From assembly GCA_016186695.1 (NCBI GenBank), contig JACPLC010000005.1, positions 852 through 64,851 on the forward strand: a stretch of DNA of 64,000 bases, read 5' to 3'. The position numbers and the translations under genes are program-made. The stretch comes from Candidatus Kaiserbacteria bacterium (lineage in GTDB: Bacteria; Patescibacteriota; Minisyncoccia; Phycocordibacterales; UBA2100). Shown here in pieces: positions 1 through 10,159 of this stretch. How positions within the stretch are numbered: the stretch's first letter is position 1; every line of letters begins with the position of its first letter. The notes under the pieces are model-generated. The model searched no databases. It was not told the origin of the DNA and worked only from the letters and a program-made list of their open reading frames with translations.

Positions 1-1512
1 GAGCTCCTTCTTCACTTCGTCTGAAAGGAGGCCGCTTTTCTTTACCTCGGCGAGCGCCTTCGAGGCTTTCGTATCAAAGAATTCAGCAAGTTGTGCTTCT
101 ACGGCAGAAACTTTTGCTACGGGCACATCGTTAAAGAGTTTCTGCCCCGCGGCGTACAGAATCGCAACCTGCATCTCCATCGCAATCGGCGCACCGTTCT
201 TCTGCTTCAAGATCTCAACCATACGCTGACCAGAGGCAATGCGATCGGCCGTTGCTTTGTCGAGATCCTGCGCAAACTGCATGAACGCTTCAAGTTCGCG
301 AAATTGTGCGAGCTCAAGTTTTAGCCCGCCGGCGACACCTTTCATCGCTTTTTTCTGCGCGTCAGATCCCACGCGCGAAACAGAGATACCAACATCGATC
401 GCCGGCCGTATGCCCTTGTTAAAAAGCTCTGCAACGAGAAATATCTGCCCGTCGGTAATAGAAATAACGTTCGTAGGAATGTACCCCGAAACGTCGCCGT
501 CCTGTGTCTCGATGATGGGAAGCGCGGTAAGAGAGCCTCCGCCTTTTTCCTTCGAAAGACATGCCGCGCGCTCCAGCAGGCGTGAGTGTAGGTAGAAAAT
601 ATCCCCGGGATACGCCTCGCGGCCGGGCGGACGCCGAAGGAGCAAGCTCAATTGGCGATACGCGACTGCCTGTTTTGAAAGGTCGTCGTAGACGACCACC
701 ACGTCGCGGCCGGCATCCATAAAGTATTCTCCGATCGCAACACCCGCGTACGGCGCGAGGAACTGGAGCGCGGCAGGAGCCGAGGCGGGCGCATCGACGA
801 CGATGGTATATTCGAGAGCGCCTGTCTGTCGGAGCTGCTCGACGATACGTGCGGTCTTCGATTCCTTTTGTCCGATTGCGACATAAATACAAATCGGACG
901 CGTCGCTTTCGGCTCGTTGCGCTGGCTGATGATGGTATCAATCGCGATCGTCGTTTTGCCGGTACTGCGATCGCCGATGATGAGCTCGCGCTGGCCGCGG
1001 CCGATCGGGATCATCGCATCGATTGCTTTAATGCCGGTTTGCACCGGCACCGAGACACGCTTTCTATCGATGACTCCGTACGATTCGCGCTCCACCGGCA
1101 TAAGCGTTGTTTTCTTGAAGGGGCCCTTGCCATCGATCGGCTCGCCGAGCGCATTCACGACGCGGCCGAGCAACTCTTCGCCCGAAGGCACCGAGAGCAC
1201 GCGTCCGGTCGATTTCACCGTCATTCCTTCCGCGACCCGCGCCGTGTCGCCCAGGACTGCCGCGCGCACACCGTCTTCTTCGAGGTTCAGCACGAGCCCG
1301 TAGAGCTCTGCCTGTGTCTTCATTGCCTCCGCAAGCTTCTTGCCCTTCCCTTCTTCAAAAAGCAACACTTCGCTCATCACAGCTTTCGAGAGACCGTCGA
1401 TCGCAACAACGCCGTCGCCCACCGCCGTCACGCGCCCCACGTGCTCGCTTTCCACGCTCGGCGCGTGTGCCTCTATCTCTTTGATGATTTTGTCAACGAC
1501 AGTGTTCGCCAT
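1..1512 (-). CDS. atpA: F1 ATP synthase subunit alpha (3' end runs off the window)
   Basis: Hand translation from ATG at 1512 ([10 protein letters not shown]...) gives GDRSTGKT Walker A, YDDLSKQA and [21 protein letters not shown]; open to position 1. Confidence 0.97.
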   Translation of the reverse strand, partial: MANTVVDKIIKEIEAHAPSVESEHVGRVTAVGDGVVAIDGLSKAVMSEVLLFEEGKGKKLAEAMKTQAELYGLVLNLEEDGVRAAVLGDTARVAEGMTVKSTGRVLSVPSGEELLGRVVNALGEPIDGKGPFKKTTLMPVERESYGVIDRKRVSVPVQTGIKAIDAMIPIGRGQRELIIGDRSTGKTTIAIDTIISQRNEPKATRPICIYVAIGQKESKTARIVEQLRQTGALEYTIVVDAPASAPAALQFLAPYAGVAIGEYFMDAGRDVVVVYDDLSKQAVAYRQLSLLLRRPPGREAYPGDIFYLHSRLLERAACLSKEKGGGSLTALPIIETQDGDVSGYIPTNVISITDGQIFLVAELFNKGIRPAIDVGISVSRVGSDAQKKAMKGVAGGLKLELAQFRELEAFMQFAQDLDKATADRIASGQRMVEILKQKNGAPIAMEMQVAILYAAGQKLFNDVPVAKVSAVEAQLAEFFDTKASKALAEVKKSGLLSDEVKKEL

Positions 1513-1517
1513 GGTGT

Positions 1518-1904
1518 TTATTGAGTTGCCCGATTATATATCGAAAGCAGGGATTTCTTATAGCTCGCATCATGGAGTCGCTCGCGGCCCTCAAGACGCC
1601 ATCCGCCAATGAGGGAGTCGTCTGCCTGTATCGCGAGATCTTCGGTATCGATACCGAGCTCGTGAAGCGCTTCTTTTGCAGTGCGTTTCGCCGCGGCCGC
1701 ATGCTTTTCGTCTGCAATGGTCAACGTTACTGACTTCTTTGCGCTCTCGCGAGCCGCAATGCGCGCAAATGCGCGGGCTATACGCGGCATGAGCGCTTCG
1801 CGTCCGTGAAGCTTCAGTGTCGCGAGAAGCTTCGAAACTGCCTCTTTGGGCTTCGCGCCTCCCTCCACCATCTCCCAAAGCGCTTGTGCGTATGCATGTT
1901 CCAT
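1518..1904 (-). CDS. atpH: ATP synthase subunit delta (short form)
   Basis: Between atpF and atpA; N-terminal YAQAL and C-terminal [10 protein letters not shown] motifs. Confidence 0.85.
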   Translation of the reverse strand: MEHAYAQALWEMVEGGAKPKEAVSKLLATLKLHGREALMPRIARAFARIAARESAKKSVTLTIADEKHAAAAKRTAKEALHELGIDTEDLAIQADDSLIGGWRLEGRERLHDASYKKSLLSIYNRATQ

Positions 1905-1905
1905 A

Positions 1906-2048
1906 CCCGGTTAGTAGAATGTGCCTTTGCGGCAGACGCCTGCCGGCTGCCGCGGCGTGAGCGACCAATTCCCACTCGTTGCACTTTGTATATGTTCTTT
2001 ATTTGTTTTCATAGTTTTTGTAAGCCTAAGGCACATTTCACTACCGGG
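1906..2048. repeat. 143-bp element with terminal inverted repeats, copy 1
   Basis: CCCGGTTAGTAGAATGTGCCTT...AAGGCACATTTCACTACCGGG; about 90% identical by hand alignment to 38114-38256. Confidence 0.9.
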
Positions 2049-2052
2049 CATA

Positions 2053-2535
2053 TTATGAGTGTTTCTCTCTCCCGCCTACGCCAGAGGCTTCGGAACGGGC
2101 AAGCAAAATTTTCTCGGCCGCGAGCATAGCTGCGCGCGCGATCTCGCGCTCACTCTCCTTCAAGGCCTGCCGCTTTGCCTCCTCCGCGCGCGCGGCCGCG
2201 TCTTTGAGCGTCGCTTCCGCACGCGATTCGGCACTCTTCACGATCTCGCCTGCCTTTTCTTCGGCGCGGCCGCGCGCGGCAGCAACGATTCCCTCCGCTT
2301 CACGTGATGCCTCTCCGACGATCCCCTCTCCTTCTGCCTTAGAATCCGCGAGGCGGCGTGCTGCTTCTTCAGCGTCACGCACGCCTTCGGCGATCTTCTT
2401 CCGACGATCGTCGATCATCTTCAAAACAGGATCATAGAGAAAATACCAGAGAACCCCGAGCAAAAGCGCGAAGTTGAACGCCTGCACCAAGAGCAGTTTC
2501 CAATTGATGCCAAAGGCTGCGAATAGCTCGCTCAT
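2053..2535 (-). CDS. atpF: ATP synthase subunit b
   Basis: N-terminal TM (QAFNFALLL) plus charged coiled coil; operon position. Confidence 0.95.
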   Translation of the reverse strand: MSELFAAFGINWKLLLVQAFNFALLLGVLWYFLYDPVLKMIDDRRKKIAEGVRDAEEAARRLADSKAEGEGIVGEASREAEGIVAAARGRAEEKAGEIVKSAESRAEATLKDAAARAEEAKRQALKESEREIARAAMLAAEKILLARSEASGVGGREKHS

Positions 2536-2559
2536 GTCACGACAGAAAAGTTCACCCGT

Positions 2560-2796
<237 letters not shown>

Positions 2797-2853
2797 TTAT
2801 TCGAGTAATTACTAATCAAGTATGCCGGCATTCTAGCATGGACGATTCCTGTT

Positions 2854-3600
2854 TCAATGTGCCTCCTCGCCATACGGCTCCTCGATCGCGAGCTTGATGA
2901 AAAAGAGCGTGAGAAGCGCAAAAATCGCTGCCTGCAGGAAGCCCACGAATATTTCGAAAAGCATGAGAGGCACGGGCGCGAGGAAGGGCGCAAAGAAAAT
3001 GGCGACCGCGATAATTACCTCGCCGGCGAGGATATTGCCGAAGAGCCGGAACGAGAGCGAAACAACCCGCACAAGCTCGCCGATGAGTTCGATGATGCCG
3101 ATTGCAAATCCCATCGGATTGCGCAGAGGATTCTGGATGAATTTGCTGCCGTATTTCCAGATGCCGATGGCGGCAATGCCGGTGATTTCGATGACGAAGA
3201 AGGAAATGATGGCGAGCACGAGCGGCACGGTGAGGTCGGTGTTTGGCGCACGGAGGAGAGGTTCGTGCATATATTCAAGCGAGCCGATGCCGGGAATGAA
3301 GTGGAGCATGTTGCCCACGAAGATGAAAAGAAAAATGGTCATGAGGAGCGGGAAAAAGCGCCGTGCCATTTCCCTGCTCTCAAGTGTTTCGGCCACATAG
3401 TCGTACACAAAGGTGAAAGCCTCTTCGAGAAGCGTCTGGAGGCGACCGGGGATCATCGCGAGCCTGCCGCGCACGAGGAACGCGAGCGCGACCAGAAGGC
3501 CTATCACTATCCAGCTCGTCACGAGCGTGTTGGTAATGGGAATCCCGAGGAATTCGCCGAGCTTTTCAGCTGCGATCGAGACGTGAATGCCGGACTCCAT
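2854..3600 (-). CDS. atpB: ATP synthase subunit a (start taken at MESGIH)
   Basis: SLSFRLFGNILAGE and LQAAIFALLT motifs. Confidence 0.96.
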   Translation of the reverse strand: MESGIHVSIAAEKLGEFLGIPITNTLVTSWIVIGLLVALAFLVRGRLAMIPGRLQTLLEEAFTFVYDYVAETLESREMARRFFPLLMTIFLFIFVGNMLHFIPGIGSLEYMHEPLLRAPNTDLTVPLVLAIISFFVIEITGIAAIGIWKYGSKFIQNPLRNPMGFAIGIIELIGELVRVVSLSFRLFGNILAGEVIIAVAIFFAPFLAPVPLMLFEIFVGFLQAAIFALLTLFFIKLAIEEPYGEEAH

Positions 3601-3647
3601 TAGCGCGATTTTAGCACAAAATAGAGACCGGCTGAACGCGAAACGCA

Positions 3648-4262
3648 TCAGCCGGTTTTCAGTTTGTGCACCCAGAGTTCCCGATGCCCGTCCCATTTGA
3701 AACCGAGGGCTCGGGCCGTTCCGTCATAGCGCGCGCTCAGGCGAGTTTGGTGCTCTTTAAGTCTTATAGCGCGTTTCTTCGAATCTTTGATCTTGAACTT
3801 CTTCCCAACGGGATGGTCGTACCAATGGAGCTTACGCGCCGGCACGATACACACCTCGTCATACCAGCCCGTCTCTTGCGCAAGAGTGACGAGAAGCCAT
3901 ACCAATAGACGCTCCCAGCGGATGCTAGAAAATACCTTTTTCTTTCCGCCAACTCCCTGGAGCTGCTCAACTATGAGCATATCCCAATCGGGCTTGAAGC
4001 CCACAAGAGCAACCGGTTTCTTCTTCCACCGCCCTTTCGCGTTGCGAAGAACGATACCGGCTTCGGTATCCCAGTTAATCCCGCCTTCTTCCCAACTGTC
4101 CCGCCCGAAACGCATCCGCATCGAAAGAGCCGGGATTGATTCGGGAGAAACTCCCGCCCGCACAAACGCCGGTACCATCGTCCGGAGAAGCGCGCGGGCA
4201 CGACTTCTGAAGAGCGGCCGGAATCGTCCCCGACAACTCTTTGCATAGTCCGTTATCTGCAC
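3648..4262 (-). CDS. hypothetical protein (weak VirK/YbjX-like QLQG motif)
   Basis: 204-aa ORF; IVEQLQG...RWERLLV. Confidence 0.55.
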   Translation of the reverse strand: MQITDYAKSCRGRFRPLFRSRARALLRTMVPAFVRAGVSPESIPALSMRMRFGRDSWEEGGINWDTEAGIVLRNAKGRWKKKPVALVGFKPDWDMLIVEQLQGVGGKKKVFSSIRWERLLVWLLVTLAQETGWYDEVCIVPARKLHWYDHPVGKKFKIKDSKKRAIRLKEHQTRLSARYDGTARALGFKWDGHRELWVHKLKTG

Positions 4263-4316
4263 GTTCGCCTCCCTTAGATTTTGTGGGCAACGACCTGCAC
4301 TATGTAATACAAGAAA

Positions 4317-5186
4317 CTATTCTGTCAAATTTATCCATCGGCGAATCTCCGCGGCAACTTGTTTCTCACCTCCGTGAAAACTATGCTTCACACGCGGAAT
4401 AATGACGACCGTTCCTTTTTGCAAATGCCTCTTAAACCACGTTGCAATTTCCTTTGCGGGTTTCTTAGTGTGCTCATCGTTCCCCGCAAGCAATGCGAGT
4501 GTCGGTATCGAAACAGATGCGAGCACGCGGGGCTTCTTATTTCTCTGGCCGTAAGGAAAGACTTCTTCCGCACTGTCAGGAGTATGCAGACTTAGGAATC
4601 GCTGAGCGTCACAGGGGAACCACATGCCTAAGTGTTCGGGCATCAGAGTACGAGGCTTTCCAGCATGCACAAGCTTCTTCGCGTATGCAACGGATCTCGC
4701 CAACTTTCCTCCCCTATCCTGCTCGATGGCGATCGCGTAGTCGCTCAAAGGTCCAAAAAGAATAATTCCTTTGGCGCCGCGTGTGCCTTTTCTGCTCGCC
4801 CAGTAAAACGCTTTTTGGCAGCCTGTGGAGTGTCCCGCAAGATAGATACTTTTTGCTCCCACCCGACGTGCGAAGTTTACCGCGCCCTGAATGTCATCGG
4901 CACATTCGGCGAACACCTCGTGCGTCGCGCCCGCTAAAACCCATTCAGTTTTCCGGCCACGTTTTCTCTTAATCTCTGTTATTTTCTCGAAACCACGATT
5001 GTTGAACGTCATCACTGCGGTGTCTTTGTTGATGAGCGCCGCGACCATACGCTTCATGCTGAACGCCGAAGCAGTGAGACCGTGTATGAAAATAATCGCG
5101 TTCTTCGGCTTTTTTGGCCCGAACCAGAGTCCGTTCAGGAGATACTTTTTCGGTGTCGTTATCTCGACAACATAACAAGACAGCAT
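4317..5186 (-). CDS. alpha/beta hydrolase (DUF1749-like)
   Basis: FIHGL oxyanion motif, GHSTG nucleophile elbow, late D and H residues. Confidence 0.85.
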   Translation of the reverse strand: MLSCYVVEITTPKKYLLNGLWFGPKKPKNAIIFIHGLTASAFSMKRMVAALINKDTAVMTFNNRGFEKITEIKRKRGRKTEWVLAGATHEVFAECADDIQGAVNFARRVGAKSIYLAGHSTGCQKAFYWASRKGTRGAKGIILFGPLSDYAIAIEQDRGGKLARSVAYAKKLVHAGKPRTLMPEHLGMWFPCDAQRFLSLHTPDSAEEVFPYGQRNKKPRVLASVSIPTLALLAGNDEHTKKPAKEIATWFKRHLQKGTVVIIPRVKHSFHGGEKQVAAEIRRWINLTE

Positions 5187-5272
5187 TGCGTAACTCTAAC
5201 AAAAATTGGGTCCCGCGCGACAGACGCGTCGCGCGGGACAGGATGACCATTCGAATCATCAACGAGCTGCTT

Positions 5273-6469
5273 TTAGCCCCCGACTTCGGAACAACCGTAA
5301 ATCCGAAGCAAGAGTGTGCTCTTTGCCTGCTCAAGTTGGGTCTTCGGAGCAGCACCGATTCCTTTCAGACACCGGAAGGCCCCAACAACTTCCTCTGCTT
5401 GTGCAGGCATGTAGGTGAACCCGAGTAGGGAGGCCGCCTCGAACCCACTCATCATCCGCTTATCGGGCTCGGCACTTTGCATGACAAGTGATAGATCAAG
5501 GCACTTGCCGAACGTCGCCGCATCAGGCGTTGCGTCGTTGCCACCCGCAGGATCTTCGATATACCACCCTTCCGCGCTTTTAATCCAGAGTTGCTTGAGA
5601 GCATTTCCAGCCTCGAGCGCGGCAAGTATCGTGAGATCCTCTTTCTGAAGCACGAACGGGCTTCGCAGGTTGACGTGCCAGAGAATACGCGCCCACTCCT
5701 TCTTGATCCAGTATTTGCGGGAATGAGTGTTGGCTGGCAGTAATGGTTCGTCGAGAACCACCGCTATTTCCCGAAGTCCCCGAAGTATCGTTGCCGGTGC
5801 CCAACGATTTTGATGCTTGCCGAACACCGGAAAGCCGGTGTAGACGAGCACGCGATCGCCAAAGACATAGAATGTCTCACCGCTTCGGAAAATCGGAAGA
5901 ACAGGCTGCGATTTTGACGCTCGCTTTACTGCGAGAAGTCGGTCAATCCAGTTGCGAGTTTTGCCCCGCTCCGCCTTTTGCATCTTGAGCTTGGCGTTGA
6001 TCTTTTGCTGGAGGGCCTCGATGACCCTTTCCGTTTCTTTGCCCCTCCGGAGCAGACAAGGACTGTCGTAGGGCGCAGCCTGATCGCTCAAATGACCCAA
6101 GAAGCGGCACCCTACACCTGCGCCAGTCCATGAGCAGGCATATTCGCACTGTCCGCACTGCTGGAAGGTCGTGTGGCCATACTTGTACGCCGAGGAATCG
6201 AGAGAGGTTCTCTTACCGCCCGGAACAGGAAGTGTGGCCATAAGTGCGGCATGATGAATGGCGAAATCGGAAGCTGCCTCCAGGGCCTTTTCATCCTTAC
6301 CCTGGAGAATTTCGAGTGACTTTCTCACGTAGCCGATGTCGTGGGAATCGCCGCCCTCCTCTTTTCGCAAGAGTGCGATGATGTGTCCAAGGTTCTCATG
6401 ACCGAGCTGGATCAGGGCTTCGTCAGTCCACGCTTGTTTTCGGAATTCGTCGAGACTGAACTTGTGCAT
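5273..6469 (-). CDS. hypothetical protein with a Cys cluster and a J-domain-like C-terminus
   Basis: 398-aa ORF; CGQCEYAC...C...C; C-terminal AASLLG...AFR...QLEQAKSTLL. Confidence 0.6.
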   Translation of the reverse strand: MHKFSLDEFRKQAWTDEALIQLGHENLGHIIALLRKEEGGDSHDIGYVRKSLEILQGKDEKALEAASDFAIHHAALMATLPVPGGKRTSLDSSAYKYGHTTFQQCGQCEYACSWTGAGVGCRFLGHLSDQAAPYDSPCLLRRGKETERVIEALQQKINAKLKMQKAERGKTRNWIDRLLAVKRASKSQPVLPIFRSGETFYVFGDRVLVYTGFPVFGKHQNRWAPATILRGLREIAVVLDEPLLPANTHSRKYWIKKEWARILWHVNLRSPFVLQKEDLTILAALEAGNALKQLWIKSAEGWYIEDPAGGNDATPDAATFGKCLDLSLVMQSAEPDKRMMSGFEAASLLGFTYMPAQAEEVVGAFRCLKGIGAAPKTQLEQAKSTLLLRIYGCSEVGG

Positions 6470-6585
6470 TGCATCCTCCTAGGCCTCGTGCAGGCCATTT
6501 CGGATTGTGAGTCAAGGAGCATCACGCGAATCGTGATACCCGGCGTATTGATACGCTCCCTAGGGTAGGATGTCAACGCGATGGA

Positions 6586-7848
6586 CTAGGTACCGTGCTG
6601 CCAGCTTTGGAGATATTTTTTCTGCTCGGGAGTGAGATCATCGATCTCGATGCCCATCGAGGCAAGCTTTAAAGATGCGACGGTCTCTTCTATTTCGTCA
6701 GATACCTCGTAGACCTTCGGCTCAAGGGCAAGCCCTTCGACTGCGCTCAGGGCAAGCCACTCTGCGGCAAGCGCCTGTGTTGAGAAACTCATGTCCATCA
6801 CGCTCGCGGGATGCCCTTCCGCTGCCGCAAGATTGACGAGGCGACCCTCAGAGAGCAGATACACCCTCTTTTTCCCGATCCGATACTCATCAACATTTTC
6901 TCGGACGCGCTTCGGCACGCCGCCGAGCCTTGCGAGATCCTTGATGCTGATTTCCACGTCGAAGTGTCCCGCATTGCACACAAACGCGCCGTCTTTCATG
7001 ACCTTGAAATGTTCGCCGCGGATGACGTCGATGTCGCCGGTGACCGTGCAGAAAAGATCGCCCAAGGGCGCGGCTTCTTCCATCGTCATCACGCGAAAGC
7101 CGTCCATCGCGGCTTCAAGCGCTTTCACGGCGTCGACTTCCGTGACGATGATATTCGCGCCCATACCCCGCGCGCGCATCGCGAGTCCCTTGCCGCACCA
7201 TCCATAGCCGGCAATGACGAAGGTGCGGCCCGCGACGAGCATGTCGGTCGCACGGATGATGGCCTCCAGCGTCGATTGCCCCGTGCCATAGCGGTTGTCG
7301 AAAAGATTTTTGGTCTTCGCATCGTTCACCGCGACAACCGGAATTTTGAGCGCGCCGTCTTTCGCCATCGCGCGAAGGCGTATCACGCCCGTCGTCGTCT
7401 CCTCCGTCGAACCGAGCATCGTGGAAAGAAGCTTCGGGTGATCTTTATGAATTGTTGAGACAAGGTCGGCGCCGTCGTCCATCGTGATGTCCGGTTTTGT
7501 CGCAACAACAGCTTCGATGTGTTTGAAAAAAGTTTTTCGGTCTTCGCCCGAAATCGCAAAGACAGGAATGCCATGCTCGACCACGAGTCCTGCGGCAGCT
7601 TCGTCTTGGGACGAAAGCGGATTGGAGGCGCAGAGCGCGACTGACGCACCGCCTTCTTTGAGCGTAATCATGAGGTTTGCCGTCTCGACGGTCACGTGAA
7701 GGCATGCGCCTACGCGCAGTCCTTTTAACGGCTTTTCCTTCCGGAAACGCTCGCGGATCTGGAGCAAAACGGGCATGTCTTGCGCCGCCCATTCGATGAG
7801 TTTTGCGCCCTCCTTCCCCAGCCGTTTGTCTTTAATGTCGTACTGCAC
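6586..7848 (-). CDS. ahcY: S-adenosylhomocysteine hydrolase
   Basis: [44 protein letters not shown]. Confidence 0.98.
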   Translation of the reverse strand: MQYDIKDKRLGKEGAKLIEWAAQDMPVLLQIRERFRKEKPLKGLRVGACLHVTVETANLMITLKEGGASVALCASNPLSSQDEAAAGLVVEHGIPVFAISGEDRKTFFKHIEAVVATKPDITMDDGADLVSTIHKDHPKLLSTMLGSTEETTTGVIRLRAMAKDGALKIPVVAVNDAKTKNLFDNRYGTGQSTLEAIIRATDMLVAGRTFVIAGYGWCGKGLAMRARGMGANIIVTEVDAVKALEAAMDGFRVMTMEEAAPLGDLFCTVTGDIDVIRGEHFKVMKDGAFVCNAGHFDVEISIKDLARLGGVPKRVRENVDEYRIGKKRVYLLSEGRLVNLAAAEGHPASVMDMSFSTQALAAEWLALSAVEGLALEPKVYEVSDEIEETVASLKLASMGIEIDDLTPEQKKYLQSWQHGT

Positions 7849-7885
7849 GCGCGGCAGTATAGCGCAAAATCAGGCTTTTTTCACG

Positions 7886-8824
7886 CTATATCGGGAACGC
7901 TTCGCCGTAGCTCTCTTCGTATCGCTTCTTCAATTCAGAAAGCGTGAACCGATGATTTTGTGTGCCCTGCTGCTCTACAGCGTACGCCGCAACAGCGCTA
8001 CCGATTTGTGCGGAAACCTTCGGAGACTCTCCCGCGAGATATCCCGCGATGAATCCTGCGCGGAACGCATCCCCTGCCCCCGTGGGATCGAGTACGTCGG
8101 AAACATGCACCGCCTTCACACGTTCGGTGGCTCCTTTGTGCATCAGGCGGGAGCCGCTTTCGCCGAGCGTTGCCACCACAAGCGGTGTGCGGGCGCAGAG
8201 CTCTTTTTCACTCCATCCCGTCTTTTGCGTGATGAGATCGATCTCATAGTCGTTGCCGAAGAGCCCTGCCGAGCCCTCTATCCCCTTTCGCAAATCGTCC
8301 GCGGAGAGGATCGGAATTTCTTGCGCCGGATCGTAAAAATACGGGATGCCATGCTCGCGATAATGGGCCGGCAATACACGCATGTCATCAGGATTTCCAG
8401 CCCCGACGATCGCGCATGCCGCACCTTCAGTTTCTGGAAGCGCTCCGTATGCCGCCTTCCCTGCTCCGAAGGAAAACGCCGCTATCTGGTTGTCAGCCTT
8501 GTCGGTGATGATGTAGGCGGACGACGTGAGTTCACTCGTATCGATATGCACGCTCTTCGTCGCGATTTTCTGCTCCTCGAGATATTTGCGATACGCTGCA
8601 AAATCAGAGCCTGCCGTCGAGATGATCTCCGGCTCATGTCCCAAAAGCTTAAGGTTGTAGGCAATATTGCCCGCGGTGCCGCCGAAATTTTCTTCTACGC
8701 CATCTACAGCGAAACTTACATTGATGGTGTGCAATTTGTGCGCCAAAAAATGGTCGCGAAAATGCCCCGGAAAATCCATGATGCGATCGTACGCAATCGA
8801 GCCGGAAACGATGACGCGGGACAT
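7886..8824 (-). CDS. PfkB family carbohydrate/adenosine kinase
   Basis: GSIAYD, GGTAGN, DPTGAGDAFRAG. Confidence 0.92.
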   Translation of the reverse strand: MSRVIVSGSIAYDRIMDFPGHFRDHFLAHKLHTINVSFAVDGVEENFGGTAGNIAYNLKLLGHEPEIISTAGSDFAAYRKYLEEQKIATKSVHIDTSELTSSAYIITDKADNQIAAFSFGAGKAAYGALPETEGAACAIVGAGNPDDMRVLPAHYREHGIPYFYDPAQEIPILSADDLRKGIEGSAGLFGNDYEIDLITQKTGWSEKELCARTPLVVATLGESGSRLMHKGATERVKAVHVSDVLDPTGAGDAFRAGFIAGYLAGESPKVSAQIGSAVAAYAVEQQGTQNHRFTLSELKKRYEESYGEAFPI

Positions 8825-8845
8825 GGCTCAATTATAGTCCAGAAC

Positions 8846-9343
8846 CTACCACGTACCCGTGTTTTGCATCGATGCCCATGGTTCTGCGAGAGGAAGCGGG
8901 TCGCCCATTTGGAGAAGTTCTATCGAGATGCCGTCGGGCGATTTGATGAACGCGAGCTTGCCGTCGCGGGGCGGGCGGTTGATGGTGACACCCTGCTTCG
9001 TCAACTTTTCGCAAAAGTCGTAGATGTTCTCGACGCCATAGGCGAGATGCCCGAAATTTCTACCGCCGGTGTATTCCTCCGGATCCCCGCCTGCGCCAGG
9101 GCTTCGGCGGGCAGGCCAGTTGTAGGTGAGCTCGAGCACGGGAGCTACGTACGTGCTCATCCCCATCTTTCGCTCTTTTGGCGCTGCGCCCACGTCGTCG
9201 CTTGGCGCTTTGAGAAAAACGTTCGTAAATCTTCCCTTCTCGTTGTCGTATCGATACACCTCTTCGAGCCCGAGCTTCCCACAATAGAAATCAATCGCCT
9301 CCTCGAGATTTTTCACTCTCACCATCGTGTGCAAATAGCGCAT
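8846..9343 (-). CDS. gloA: lactoylglutathione lyase / VOC family
   Basis: YLHTMVRV, LELTYNW, FGHLAY, PDGISIEL. Confidence 0.9.
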   Translation of the reverse strand: MRYLHTMVRVKNLEEAIDFYCGKLGLEEVYRYDNEKGRFTNVFLKAPSDDVGAAPKERKMGMSTYVAPVLELTYNWPARRSPGAGGDPEEYTGGRNFGHLAYGVENIYDFCEKLTKQGVTINRPPRDGKLAFIKSPDGISIELLQMGDPLPLAEPWASMQNTGTW

Positions 9344-9360
9344 CGTCGTATTCTAGCAAA

Positions 9361-10020
9361 TCATCGCGTTTTATAGATCAGAACCCAGTAGTGTTCCAAG
9401 TTCTTGTACTGAATATTCGTTGCGCGATCACGCAAGAGAGTCCTGAGCTCTCTCTCGGTAGGATAATTCTTGACTACTTCGTGCTTGCTCCCGTCTTCTA
9501 ACGCCCGCAAGCGGTAGTTATTCCCGAGTTCATCTTGCCGGTCATCGGGTCTTTCGGTCACCAGGTTGTTATCCATTAAAACTACTACGGCGCCGGGAAT
9601 GACGTAACTGCTGATCGTGTCTAGGAATCGCGGAAAATCCCGCTTCAAAACATGACTGAGGATAAATCCACCAAAGAGAGCATCGCTTCGCGGAAGATCG
9701 CCTAGCGCATACATGTCCGCGACACGGAACACTACGTTATGTTTCGTATAGGTCTTTTTCTTCGCAAACTCGATGGCGTTCTCGTTTATGTCAGTAGCAG
9801 TTACTATCTTTGCAGTTTGTGCGATCTTTTCTGTCCAAAATCCGGTACCGGCCGCAATTTCTAAAACGTTTTTATTCACGAAGACTTTCTGAAGTATGTG
9901 GATTGACGTCTGAATGTCAGGCTGTCTCGCGCGCTGTTTTTCCTCACTGTATGCGTTTCTGTCGTATTCCGATGCACGATCTCGATAATAGGAGATCATG
10001 TCTCGGTTTATTTCGTTCAT
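9361..10020 (-). CDS. class I SAM-dependent methyltransferase
   Basis: VLEIAAGTG motif I; homolog at 49036-49710. Confidence 0.9.
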   Translation of the reverse strand: MNEINRDMISYYRDRASEYDRNAYSEEKQRARQPDIQTSIHILQKVFVNKNVLEIAAGTGFWTEKIAQTAKIVTATDINENAIEFAKKKTYTKHNVVFRVADMYALGDLPRSDALFGGFILSHVLKRDFPRFLDTISSYVIPGAVVVLMDNNLVTERPDDRQDELGNNYRLRALEDGSKHEVVKNYPTERELRTLLRDRATNIQYKNLEHYWVLIYKTR

Positions 10021-10021
10021 G

Positions 10022-10093
10022 TGACCCTACGGGGAATCGAACCCCGCTTCCCGCCTTGAGAAGGCGGTGTCCTAGCCGATAGACGATAGGGCC
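10022..10093 (-). tRNA. tRNA-Glu(CTC)
   Basis: Cloverleaf GGCCCTA...TAGGGTCA; anticodon loop TTCTCAA; GGTTCGATTCC. Confidence 0.95.
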
Positions 10094-10159
10094 TTCCGCA
10101 AAATAATACTCAATAAACTATCATTTATCCACTCTCCAACCCTACATACTCTCAAATTC

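Noticed and set aside
7775-9376. 533-aa plus-strand ORF and many other long antisense ORFs (e.g. 868-1524, 2857-3603, 16263-17315)
   Set aside because: Shadow frames of well-supported opposite-strand genes in GC-rich DNA; no motifs
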